The notes under the pieces: generated by a model
Seen by the model: the letters and a program-made list of their open reading frames with translations, nothing else
Databases searched by the model: none
What the model was told of the DNA's origin: nothing
Assembly (NCBI GenBank): GCA_977030845.1
Contig: OZ365110.1
Location: 21,762,001-21,826,000 of the forward strand
DNA length: 64,000 nucleotides
Source of the DNA: Fimbriosthenelais zetlandica
Taxonomy: Eukaryota
Reading direction: 5' to 3'
Position numbers and translations under genes: made by a program
Shown here: positions 1 to 13,000 of the stretch, piece after piece
How positions within the stretch are numbered: the first letter of the stretch is position 1
Layout: each line of letters starts with the position of its first letter

Positions 1-1296
1 TTGAAAGAACGTCTCTGTGATATTGTGTTCACCAGAATTCGATGTTTGTTGAAATAAAATTTATTTCATGATACTCGCTGTATGTTCATTTTGTTAAGCG
101 ATAGTTATATATTATGTAACTTTTTTTGAAAAGTGTGCAAGTCGACCGACCTGGGTGGCGCGCGGGGCGGGGGGATTATCTTTTAGCCCGTGATCCATGT
201 TCAAGATTTGCGTTTACTAAGATTTCCGATAAATGCGCGCATTGATAAGCGCTAATGAAGTTATCAGTATTACAGTAATCTTGAGTCCAATTTGAAGTGA
301 TAATTCCGGTACAACCTTATCTCTCATCCAAGTTTAAGTCTGGGCCCCATGTTTTCGGGGAATTATCAAGTACATTGATTTTTAAGATTGGAATTTTTCC
401 ATAACTAGGTCTGGCTGATCCCTCCCCCCGCGCTCTCTCTTTCCCTCTCTCATTTTTAAGAAATATGTTTCAATTTCTCCCTACATCAAATTGTTTGATC
501 CTTCCACCAACCTGTTTTATTCTGAGCACAATACAAATTTATAGTATTCATTCCCATTTACAAATTAATTATCAGAATCAGATCACTATAGTATGTTCTT
601 TGGATGTACTTGCGCAATATACACGTGACCATGCATGATTTCCTCGATGACATTGCAATGGGTAATGAAAGTGCACGGACAAGTATGTACAAATAGATAA
701 CGAAAGGTCAGACGTCCCAGATACCTAAACCAAACCGAGCACTAAAAAGCTTCACTTGATATCGTTATGGACTTGATAGATTGTATTTGACTTTGACAAG
801 ATAAGTATGACATGTTACAGGAAGACTGAAATATTCCCATTGACCGGGAATAGAGAGGGAAGGGTTCAAGTGTCTCATCCCAGCTTCATTCATCTCCTTT
901 CAGCCGTAACATCGATAATTATATCCAATGACAACTTAAAACCAAAGCTATCTGAACAAAATCGCTGCACTTTTTTCCAGTAATTAAAACCTAACTAAAT
1001 TAATTGTTTCACTTATCTTAGGATGAAGCAGGAGCTATATTTCTGCTATACTTGACATTGTAATCTTAGGTTATCTAGATAATTATCATTATCTATGGAG
1101 TGTTTATTTGTTTAGGGATTCAATCGATACCAAACTGTTCTTTGGCACAGTTTCTTGACCCACGGTGCTTCAAGAGCGAAACAAATTCACTACCTTCCCA
1201 TGTCAAGTGCCTCTTCAATGCATGATAACTTATGCTCAAACATCACTTAATGAAAATTATTTAAAAATGGCTGTTTACGTCTGCCCGTCCTGATTA

Positions 1297-1400
1297 AATT
1301 CTTTCTTTCTTTCTTTTTTTTCTTTCTTTAGCTTCTTTCTTTCTTACTTTCTTTAGCTTCTTTCTTTCACATATTTCTTTCTTTTTTGCTATCCTTTTGT
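1297..1400. repeat. (TTTC)n-type pyrimidine microsatellite / low-complexity tract
   Basis: Repeated ttctttctttc units are visible directly. Confidence 0.8.
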
Positions 1401-2040
1401 CCTTTTGGTGGTATTTGATGAATTCCATGTAGGATATTTGATTGATTTCATGTCATTTTATCAGTATTGACATGTCTTCGTGTATGTATTGAAAAAAGGC
1501 CTATATATGAACACCATATATGTAAATCAACACATTGGAATTTGAACTGCGCTAATGTACAGCATAAATATATGCCCGGTTCTCATGTCCTGTTGTCCTT
1601 TTGCTGGGACAGAAATTGCGAGGGTCATGTAGGTCTACCGCCTTCAACCATGTTAGAGGTATAAAGTGGCCTTGATAGGAGACTCAAATCCCCCAGTTTT
1701 AGCCCAAGGGGGGAAGGTTCGACCAAGCAAATAAAATTACTTAAGGCACCGTGACACGTGCATAATGAATGTGTCAGTTTTCTAGATCGAAAGAATATAG
1801 CTCTCATAGACATACCTAGGTGCCCTATCTAAAATGGACGATGCCAAATACTTAGCGTTGCTTGAACTGTAATTTCTAAATATACATGTATTTATAATTA
1901 TGTTATGTTTGGGCCCTGGTACGGACATATGCTCTATTGCGTATCAGATATGGAAAATATGGGCCATAGTTCAGTCTTAGAACGAGTATACATGTTATGA
2001 ACTGAAATGGAACTCTTCGTTGATTTCTGTTATTAATTGT

Positions 2041-2881
2041 ATTACAGGTGTGATGTAGTTACACGATAAGTTTATAACTTATTACACGTATTCGTTAATG
2101 GTGTGATGTATTTTATTATGTCCATTACAGGTGTGATCTATTTAACTGAGCATTTATTATATATTACAGGTGTGAATTATTTAACTCAGCATTTTATTAT
2201 TATGGAGGCATGGTGGCCCAGTGGTTAGGGCATCCGACTTGTGATCGAAGGGTCGCAGGCTCGAATCCCGGACCGGGCGCTATGTTGTGACCTTGGATAA
2301 GTCACTTCACTCTGATTATCTCGGTCTACCCAGCCGTAAATGGGTACCTTCGGAGGGCAGAGAATGTACTTGTACCGTATTACTGGGAGAGCGCCGTAAG
2401 CTACTGGCTGCCAACACCACTGTATCCTCCCCAGGGAGGTGAGAAATGTAAACTATATATATATACATGTATATATAGTAGGAGTGAAATGGCCCAATGA
2501 AGAGGGGAAAAGTATGTAAAGCGCTCTTGAACATGCAACTACATGGAAAGAGCGCTATATAAATCTGGTATATAAATAAAAAATAAATTATTACATGTGC
2601 GATCTATTTAAGTAATGATTAATTTTTTATTACAGGTGTGAACTATTTAACTAAGCATTTATTTAACTGAGCATTAATTATTTATTACAGGTGTGAATTA
2701 TTTAACTGAGCATTAATTAATTATACAGGTGATATTTAAACCAGCATTTATTATCTATTGCAGGTGTGGTCTATTCAACTGACTATTAACCTGATAATTT
2801 ATAATTCATTACAGGTGTGATCTATTTACCTGAGCATTTACTTATTACAGGTCTGATATTGTCTATTCATTACAGCTGTGA
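2041..2881 (+). repeat. Degenerate AT-rich minisatellite (~36-55 bp units, core ATTACAGGTGTGA) interrupted by a SINE
   Basis: About 11 copies of the core ATTACAGGTGTGA or variants (e.g. near 2041, 2125, 2163, 2630, 2685, 2808, 2844, 2869), usually followed by (t/a)atttaactgagcattt. Confidence 0.8.
2204..2589 (+). mobile_element. tRNA-derived SINE with a conserved central domain and an L2-like 3' tail
   Basis: Pol III A box TGGCCCAGTGG (2214-2224) and B box GGCTCGAATCCC (2258-2269). Central CCTTGGATAAGTCACTT...GTAAATGGGTACC resembles CORE/Deu-type SINE bodies. The 3' AAAGCGCTCTTGA...AAAGAGCGCTATATAAAT resembles L2-type tails, followed by an A-rich end. TSD cannot be resolved in the AT-rich flanks. 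Confidence 0.8.
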
Positions 2882-3098
2882 TTTAGTTGTAAACTCGAGT
2901 CATGTATGGTGAGAGGCATGTGAAATGCCAGCCATGTATCCCTATGTCAATGGTGAGGGGTATGTAAAAGAACCTGTTCAGGAGAAACAAGTCATTCTGT
3001 TCCTACAGCTTGTTTCCTACTCGTCCGAAGTTAGCTGAAAAACGGTGTGGATTAAAAAAAATATTCACCGACTTTCTATAGTTCATTATTGATTTCAG

Positions 3099-3541
3099 GT
3101 AATATCTAACCTGGGCCTGCTCATGGTACAGTTAGTAGGGGTATCTATCACCTTACCTGATCGTCTTGATGTAAGCCCATACACGACAGAAATGAGCTGG
3201 ACGATATTGGCGATCACAGGGCTCATTACGCTACTCTGGCTCTCTATCTTAATCTCCATCCCCGCAGAGGAAAACGCCTCCAAGGTAAAAAAAAAAAAAA
3301 AAAAAAAAAATACATAAAAAACGAAAAAATTGCACCCTGCTCATGTTAACAAATTCTGTTAGAAGGTCAAAAAGTCCCTAAAACTGAAACAAAATATATA
3401 TGCCTTTTGCAGGAGCTAGAGATTGTCCCTGAGGAAGAAGAGGAAGAAGAAAATGAAATAGAAGCAAAAGAAAGCAACATCCGAGACATGGGTGCTGACT
3501 CGATCGAGTTAACCAAGATGACAGAACCCCTTGTCATATGA
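3099..3541 (+). CDS. Last two coding exons (3099-3284, 3413-3541) of an unidentified membrane protein, possibly a transporter; 5' exons not resolved
   Basis: ttcag acceptor / AAG|gtaaaa donor and ttttgcag acceptor, both phase 0. Product VISNLGLLMVQLVGVSIT...WTILAITGLITLLWLSILISIP-AEENASK-ELEIVPEEEEEEENE...KMTEPLVI* has hydrophobic helices and an acidic tail. AATAAA near 3766. Family not recognised. Confidence 0.55.
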
Positions 3542-6500
3542 AACACTGATGCGTTCGTGTGAGCTATTCACTATATTAAACCATTGAAATATCGTGTAAA
3601 TATTTTATATTTTGAAAACTACTTTAGAAACTGATATCAATAGTGTATGCAACTTATTGTTCGTGCTTTTCACAAGTTTTCAATTCTACCTTGTGTAGTA
3701 CCGTATACCTGCGGTATCACATTTAAATGATATTCCACAATTTATTACTGTTCAAATGAATTCAAAATAAAGTTAATAGGAATATTAAATCTCTTGTAAA
3801 GTATTTGAAATTGTGACCTAGGCAGTTAGGCTAGGACAGAGAGGCTATTGTAAACGCCAAATAATCGGACCAATATCCGAGTCTTTGACCCCGTGTCCCG
3901 GAAGTCGACTGACTATATGAGTAGTATATGGAATCGTCAGTTTCACACGCGAGAGAAGGCGCGAGAAGTATATTCGGTTTTTTGACTCCTATATTTTAAT
4001 TGGCAATGTATACATACTGTGAGATTTATGAGGTGGGTCATTCACCATTTGATTTCTAAGACATCCTCAAAATCGTGACTTTATAATCGGTCAAATTTCT
4101 TTAAGCGTCTACGATTTTTTTTTGCATTAAAAAATGCGACTAAAATTTGGTCACGTCGTCCCTACATCCAACACAATGAAGCAGACATTAAGGTTAAGTC
4201 AAAATAACACTGTCAACTCCGCTAAGGTACAGTAATCTTCTAAGGTTACTCGGAAAAATCAACCAGCGTGAATTCTCAGAAGAGCTCTGTTCTGCCCCAA
4301 ATAAAAGTATTTTACTTTTCTCCCATCCGGAGCATTCCGGATTCCCAGGGTCTGCTAAGAGAGCAAGAGGAAGAAACAGGGGAGCGTGATGTCTAAACAC
4401 AAATAACGAGTCGTGAATTGGTGAACTAACCATTTTATTTGAAGAAATTACAAATTTGTAATAAAGATAAATTAAAAAAACTGTGTAAAATGCAATATTT
4501 TGCGAAGAAAGGGCACTCACTCCACCTCCATCGTTTAAAGTTACAATAGACCATGTTATCGCGATAGGTTTAACTAAACCACCGACTATGCCTACAAAAT
4601 GATACAATGTTACTCGCGGAAATGTCCTAATCATGTACTTCTAGGTTCACTCAGTCACCACTTTCCATCTCATCCACAACTAACATAAGACCAGTATTAT
4701 TTTTCAAAACCAATTACTCAATTTATAGCCTTCTAGAAGAAAATCTCGGCATTTTGTTTCTGTCTAACTCTACACAATTACATAATATATGGAAAAAGTT
4801 GTATGAATCCCGAAAAAGTATACCAACAAATTTATAGGAGTAAAAGACAATTCACACAATTACGGAAGGATTTCCACAAAAGATCTGTAAACTTATACAT
4901 AAGTAATAAGAATTCTACTTTACATGTTTGACTCGTTGTTTCACTATACAAATCCTAGCATAAACTAATCCCAGTGTCTTTCTGTTAGCAAATATGTTTC
5001 CTTTTTCATGATTCACTGGGAGAAATTGGGTAAAAACGGGGAAATGCAAACAATACCAGATGTTGAGGGGAAGGATTATCAAGGGAGAGGGACTATATAT
5101 AATGAAGATGTTTACCAGTCATATAGGGGTTACAAATTTTGTCCTTATAAGAGGTCAAACTGATTAGCCATGGGTACAGACGCAGGTACATGTCATGGAT
5201 TGTATCACTCGGGGAATGGCAATAATAAACATGGGTAAATACGCATCCCCTCAAAACCGACCCACAGTCACAACGAACTGTAAATTGATGTTATCTTTCT
5301 CACAACCTTGGGTAGAATAATACTATCAGGTAGTAGAGTGAAATTTTGCATAAGAGGGCCATGTTAATTCCATTAAATGTTCACAAACGTAAATAACACC
5401 CATATATATTATGTATACACTTATTAAATTTGTACACATGTATCCAAACGGAGAGGAAAATCTATCCCAGAAATAAGGAGTTAATACTTTGAATGTAAAG
5501 GTCTGAACGCACGCATGATATGATCAAGGAAGTATAATCAGATTTGTTTTCGCAAAAATTAAATGTTCACGCCACATGGACGCCAGTCAGGGAAAGAGAT
5601 TCCCTATTTTCTGGGAGGCCAGGAAACCGGGAAAATATAAAATTTGCGAAAATAAACAGATCAGAGTATACTATATACACTAGAAGACTGTACAAGGTAT
5701 TTGTTTTCACAAACAGAACATCAGAAGATCAAATTACGATAAATCTTTACCGTAAACTCACTACTTCAATGAAAACGTTCATGAAAATCACAGTACCATG
5801 GCTACATTTGCATGTACACGATAACAACGTCTCTGTTTAATAAAGGTTATACATTGCAGTGTTATTAAGACTTCATTGCAAAATTTGATTCGCTGGGAGC
5901 ACGGATATGATAGGAAATAATATTGGAGTCATATGGGTAGTATGGTCAATAGTTTTCCTATTCCCATGATCCATGGACGCTCAGAAATTATTTAATGTCA
6001 ACTCATGCCAATTAGACCCTCCCTTATGTTTCATAACTCATTTTTGTTAATAAGTGGGAAAAGTTCTACAGCAGAAATATGCAACAGCCACCATGGATCA
6101 GGATTGTAATTCTCTAGGAAAAGTATCAAATTTTGCAGGAAAATCCAAGTATTTGTATGGATATAGGTTTATCTTTAGGTTGCCTATATAACCTTAAACT
6201 ACAATATTTTTGTTACTGTATCACAAACCCAAATTTCACGACTTATATAATATAAAAGCAAGGGTAGCGAGGTTAAAAGGAATGGTTACAAGGGGCCATG
6301 TCTAAGTAGTTCTTGGTGAAATTCTCGATCAGTCACCCATTTTGCTTCATCAATATCGACATCAGCTATCCATGCCAAATATTAAAGTAAATGTACTTAA
6401 TATCTCATTATATGAAGATATTGGTCCTCATTAGAATATAGCGAAAATATATTATTATCTAAAAATGACAAACATTTGTGTTGGCGTTCCATTTTTAAAC

Positions 6501-8096
6501 TATTTCTTTGACCAATGTTCCAGGACAGAATAATGTGTCAACTTCCAAACTGACTGACTTTATGGAGAATTTCACCCACATCAAGATTAGTTTCAGACAT
6601 AATCTCCCAATCACAATTATTTTGGGTAAAACACGCGTCTATATACACATATATATACAATCAGGCTATAATATTATTAATAATGAGTACTAAGATATGA
6701 AGCGATATGTTGAGGAAATTGATGCTAGTCAGCACCAGGGCAAGATATAGTACCACCCAGTACTTATAGCCCGACTAGGTGAAAGAGAACAATGTGGCGT
6801 CAAAAATGCAATTTAAAGTCCTAGTTGAATGACTTAGGACACCAATAATTTGTTTAACATATTTTACCGATTCCACTGAGTCAATATATTTTCATCCAAA
6901 CTTATTGCTCTTTCTGAGATGTCTCTCTAAGACATTCGAGACCCAACAATTATAATTTTGAAAACTGTATACAGTTTTGATACTTTTGGCACAATTTAAG
7001 TAAGATATAACATAGATTCACCGTTGAGTCTTTCTTCTGTTTAGTTCCTACTGGATATACACTTTTGTTAAGGAACAAGTTAAGCAGCAACATCATGATA
7101 TGGTTTACATAGTCCTATACAGCCCGATTCAAATATTACCAGACCAATACCAGATCTCCTATAAAACTACCAAAAATTTACATACATACAAGACTTAAAT
7201 CTATCATAAAACCTATACACAAGGGAGAACATCTTCTACCAAAACCCATATATATTAAATGCAAGAAAGTCCTTATTAAAGCATGGAACACATGCCGTAA
7301 TTTTTAATCCGTGAGATCAAGAGACCTACTGAACAAAGTTAAAAATAAGAGTCCCGAGAGCTAATATACCTTAACATACCATAATCAGTAATGTATTACA
7401 TGATATCTTAGATTCCCATGTATGATAAAATCATTGTCTACGCATCCCAGTAAGTTTTGTGTCATCAAAAGTGTTTATGGCAAGTAGATAGCTTATTTTG
7501 AGTTTAGGAAAATTCACCATTAACAGTATGGGGGGAAAGGCCATACATGTCAATGCAATAAATGGTAGCTTTAAGTACTCTAGTTATAAATTTAACAAAA
7601 ACATTAAGAGGAGAGGAATAGTCTCTTTGTATATCAAAATTGTAAAATAGTATAAGTGAAAGTTTAAAATTATTCTCTCCCAAAGGGGTTTCTTATAAAG
7701 AGGGGAATTCGTGCCCCTCAATAAAATATTACATATAATAATTTTTCTATAACAATAGTTCTCCATGACAAAATGGAATCGTTAAGTGACCATTCTGATA
7801 TGTTCATATCACGCGAAGTTGAATGCAAAAAAGATTGTCTCATCTACATTATCTATGTATGGAAAATTATTATTTATTGCTACTCTAATCTTTTTTTTAA
7901 GGGCAGATTAGCCCAAAACCTAATGCAGCTCTTGTAAACGTATATGTATAGTTTAATAGATTCAGTTAAAAACAAATTAAATGCATTCTACACTAAATAA
8001 ATGCTCAAATGTGATATACTTCTCCTTAGGATACTACCGATAGATAGAGGAACTGAACTTAAGTATAGCTTCATTATGTGTTAGCTAAGTGACCAA

Positions 8097-8251
8097 CCGT
8101 ATTAACCGGAGCGTAAGCCGCGACTTTTTAAAACGAAGCTATTTTTATTTGGATTTCTATACAAAGCAGCGCTTTATATTATGGATCTTAACCTGAGCGG
8201 CCAGGGAGCGCGGTTTATAGTCAGGTGCGGTTTACACTCGGGTAAATATGG
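8097..8251. mobile_element. Short Tc1/mariner-pogo-like MITE
   Basis: Imperfect TIRs CCGTATTAACCGGAGCGTAAGCCGC versus reverse complement CCATATTTACCCGAGTGTAAACCGC; TA at the right flank. Confidence 0.5.
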
Positions 8252-10046
8252 TAATCACTTCTTCACACTTAAATCCATAAAATTGCCTACATAAAAAGGT
8301 CAAATAAAACGATAATATAAAACCGCAATTCGATGGTTCTGAATTTGTTATTTTTCGTGACATATAGTCTACATACAGAGTTACCTCGTCAAACGAAGTC
8401 CATAAGTTCTAAGACTACATAAAAGACGCATGTGAGGACTAAGAACTATGGCTGCAAATAGAAACTATATATAGAAACCAGTAATAGTGTCGTCCAAGGG
8501 CATATGTTTAGTTAAAATCTTCAATAATGGTCAATAGAAGTTCAATATCAAAATGGTTTTAGTCCTTCTATGAGAAACACATCAGTCAATCATTACAATT
8601 GTCTAATATTAATATTAATTCTGCCCCTTGAAAAGCTCCGATCAAAGACTTGGATGCAATTTCATTATTTGCATCACTAGGCAATACTACATTAGGAACA
8701 ATTCAAGCAGTCGAATCGTGACAGGCATTTGGATCTTCTATTTCAATCCTTCAGAAAAGAACTCCATATACAGTCTGAGTATAAAAATTCATTTTACTCC
8801 TATTTAATACTTTTTACTCATTATAAAAACCGCCTTCTACAGTAAAAGTTGATTTTGTATGTATTTTCACAGAGGCTTTTCGCATGAAATTTGGACAACA
8901 ATCTTGTGGGAAGCGGAAGTGACGTTTCCCTGACTAAGATGACGTCATGAGAGCAGTTAGACCACATCCGGCAAGACGTTTATGATATGAATAGAGACTA
9001 AGACAGTCTTTTGTGTTTTGGGGCAAATAAAGGCGTCATCTTGAAGACTCGATTTGCTAATGGAAGTATAACTTTCTTCTTACTAAAATTCTTAAGTTCA
9101 TCAGTCCACCTACAGGAAATAGCTTGCAATAACATTGGCAAATATTCATTCATCTCTTTTCTCACTCTAATTTTTGCGTCGGATACACCTTTGCAACAAC
9201 TTGAGTCCGAATACCATACTTTGGCATTCAGAAAAAATGTGTATAACAGTGAACATTATACGTAGTACAAGTTAAGAAATAAAAATATTGCAAAAAACCA
9301 TTAAAAAGTCCGATATTCTTTTGGCCAACCAGGAAGACTGTAATAAGTAAATTGAAAAGTACCGGTACGGTATTTTTATTTCTTTTTTGAAAATTGCGAT
9401 CCCCTAACTAACTATAGGGACGGTATAAAAAGATTAGGACTCGGGTATATAAAGAGTAACACATCTGGCGTGAAAACATGATGACGACACATTTACTACA
9501 CTTTTGTTTTTGCCACATTTATATTGCCACGTTCGTTTTTTTGCCTATTTATAGCACTTGGAGAAAAAAAAAAGTGTACTTCTGGGCATTTCTGGCAGAA
9601 ATATGTGTCAAGAAGTCTGGAATAAGTAACAAATCTTCTAACCGTGCCTTAGTTATTTTTCCCTTTCTTGGTTTTACTACGGTATGTACAGTTTTTGGCG
9701 GTTCCCAACCTCCCTCACACCCTCACCCTGCCTTGATCCTGATCTGTAAAAGCACCAGCCATACATAAAGCCAACGGCGAGTAGTCCTTATCATGCTACT
9801 GCCAAACAGTCAATAATACTGCTTCAGTACCACACATAAAACATCTCCTAACAGTTAATGACAAACCTTAACAGTTAACAGTACCAACACAGACAGTAAT
9901 AGACATTTATATAGTCTGTACTGTGCCTTATCCCCGAATATAAAGAGTGCGCGGTAGAAATAGAGACAATAGGTAAAAAGGAAGAAAGATATGTGTACAT
10001 GTATGTGTATGTGGAGAATCGGAAGTAGAGTGGTAGGGACAGAAGT

Positions 10047-13000
10047 CTAGAGGAGCTTGCGTTTCTTGGTATATGAAGAGGCGTAGTGACCCCCGATGCC
10101 TTGTGAGTGTTGACCGATGTAGTTGCCTTCAGGGCTCGGCTCTGGTGAGGGGAGGAGGTGGGGCCTGCTACGCTTACTCCCAACCGGCGTCTTAGGCGAT
10201 GTCTGTTTAAAAGGAATTAGCATAGAAAAATCTAAGTCAACAGAACCAAATTAAATGAGCTTATTTATTCCGATGAATATATGAAATGTTCAGAAATATA
10301 AACAATGGACAAGGGGAAGCAGAAGATTTGGTCGACTGCAAATGGGGCATCGGAAAAAAATTGACTTGCAAGAAATTAATTCTAGTAATCATATAAACCT
10401 TAGATGTGAGCTGCACTAAAACAGGCTATACTGTATACTGTAATTTCGTTTAATCAATTTCATTTAATACTTTCGTTAATATAATTCGTTTAATCAATTT
10501 TATTTTATATTATCAATTCAATTTCATTTAATACTTTCCTTAACAAAATTCGTTTAATCAATTTTAATTAATACATCAATTCAATTTTGTTAATTATACT
10601 TGTTAATAAAAGCATTCCCAAAAATCTCATAACTAATTTGCAATATCTAATGTGAATTGTGAGGCAAGTCTGAACAGAGATTAACAGGAAGTCCGTGGTA
10701 TTATTTCATTTAATAATTAACGAACGGATCTAGAATTAGACCAAAGTGTCTGATATGTATGACCTAGATGACCGCCCCCCGTCTAGATTCAAGACATATT
10801 TCTGGTAGAGTGAGTCTAAAAAATCTATTGCCTATCTTCCTGTTTCTGAAGTTGAATGGGGACATGTCTTCAAACGAGGTAAAATGAATTTGTCCTGAAG
10901 CAGGGACACTCAACACTGGCTCGACTTAGGTACAAGAATAATGTGCTGCCACTAGGAAAAGGCGGACACTGTGGGAACTACATGTCTGGGCGGATGGGGG
11001 TGTGGTTTGATGGGGAAGTTTCAGGGATGTGTGAAGGTGGAAGGGGTGGGACTAAATGGGAGATGTACAGGGGCGGAGATTAGATGTAAATTTATATGCG
11101 TGTGTAGGCTGGTGGTGATTGTATGCATAATTATTAAACAGACGGAGGTAAAACTTAAACACATAGCTAGAAGCTTAAGATAGGTACCAGATAGGTCTTC
11201 TCAAATTATGAAGTAAAAGTCCAATTCTAAGACTAAAGCAATTTTCTCCCATATAATATATATTGTCCACTAGACCATCCACAGAATCCACATTTTTGAA
11301 TATATATTATGTATATTATTATATGGAATGCAAGATTTATGGGTTTAATATCTTACAACTGTGAAAAACGGTGGTGAAATGATGAAACTAATTTGGAATA
11401 TATTCACGGCAATAACAATAATTTTATTTATAGAATGGATGTATAGACTTGGTAAGAATTTATATGAACTTACCCCAGCAGAGAAAGGTGTTCCTAGAAG
11501 GGACTCTGCCATACCAGATGATTCTCCAGGTAGGAGTGGGGTGCTATTCTGATTGTAGATATTAGCCACCACCTGAAAAGTATGAATTTGAATTGTTTTT
11601 ATTATAATATATTTACTTCAGAGAAGGGTTCACAGCACAAATATATTATCTTATTCTACTGCTAAACTGAATGGAGACAACTAATCAACAATATATGAGT
11701 CGTTCTTATATCAGATTCTAATTAAAATTTTTGTGGTCGTTATACACATGGAGTGAGTCTACCAAATCAAATTTGCCCGGGGCAACCGAAAAATTGTTCT
11801 AGGCAAGCACATTTGGACTAAGAATTAGGACCTAAGACACCCAAAATTCAGGCATCCACATTCGGCCAGCTATGCACACTACCAAAATACAATAAATCCT
11901 GTTTAAATTTAATAAAACATACCTGTGAATACTGTGAGAGGTACTGTTGGTACAGTTGTGTGTACTGCTGTAGGTAAGAACCGGGCTCAATACTGTCCTG
12001 TAAGAAAAATCGAGTTTCCAATTATGAAAAATGCATCTTGATATATATTTTATCAAAATAATAAAATAAATCATAAAAAGTTATCATAGTACATATTATA
12101 GCAGGGACAGGGTTCCAACTAATGTCCAGGGTAATAATTTCCTGATTCATTGCCGACTATATTTTGTAATTTCCCACTTCTAATTATCAAGTGCTGTAAT
12201 ATTTTTTCTCTCAACTACTCAACATTATATTGACTTTATTTAGCATTCGTGATTTTGGTTTTTCCATTTTTTTCCCCTGATCATTCCTGCGTTTTGCTTA
12301 AGAAATATTGTTTTTCCTGACCAGTGGTGGACACTGAGGGGTGAGGTTTGACCAGTCTGTCTAAACTAAGTTGAGCCGAAACCACAGTACATTTCTATGG
12401 CGCTTTCGGCTCAACTTGGTTGTAAATGCTGCGCTCAAAGTTTTTGACTTACATCAGGTTTTCTAAGTATGGGCTCCTTGTCCTCAGAAGAGAAGTTCTC
12501 TGATGTGTTATTACGTAGCGGTAGAGATGAAGGCGGGGGTTGGTTGACGGACTTCTCCCACAGTCCAGCCCCCCAGTCATCTCCCATTAACTGATGACCT
12601 AGCGGCTGACTACTCGATCTACTGTTCATCGGCTGCCAGCCCTCCTCACCCGAGTCGTGACTGTTATGATTGTGGTTCTGATTGTGTCCTCCACTAAACT
12701 GTTATAAAAGTAAAGATTATTACAATAGATCAAGTGCTTAACCATGTTAAATGTGAAGCGTTCTGAAATATTTCCATCAAATGTTTTTGTTATGAATTGA
12801 ATTAAAATAAATGCATTATAGTTGTCATTATTTCGCTTAAATTTTGATTAAAATCCAGAATAACTTTCATTCCAATTAGAAGAATATTCAAAATATCCCT
12901 GATTACTCCAGTATATTACATAGTGTAATGATTAGAGAAAGTCTAATGTTCGGACTACTTGTAATCATAATAAAATTAAACTCACTTGAGGTGGGGCGTC

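Noticed and set aside
900-1480. Possible upstream exons of the 3.1-kb gene
   Set aside because: Several AG/GT pairs were tried, but none gave a stop-free, phase-consistent chain.
2204-2280. Possible tRNA gene
   Set aside because: A and B boxes are present, but the sequence continues into a SINE body and LINE-like tail; no convincing acceptor stem.
2041-2881. ATTACAGGTGTGA matches a well-known Alu segment, suggesting human contamination
   Set aside because: No flanking Alu sequence (GGG before, GCCAC after); it sits in an AT-rich tandem unit.
4194-4634. 146-aa minus-strand ORF
   Set aside because: No recognisable domain or supporting splice structure; lies in a probable decayed-repeat block.
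6290-6400. Minus-strand peptide LAWIADVDIDEAKWVTDREF resembling an RNA-virus polymerase motif
   Set aside because: Short, bounded by stops, with no other viral motifs nearby; likely chance.
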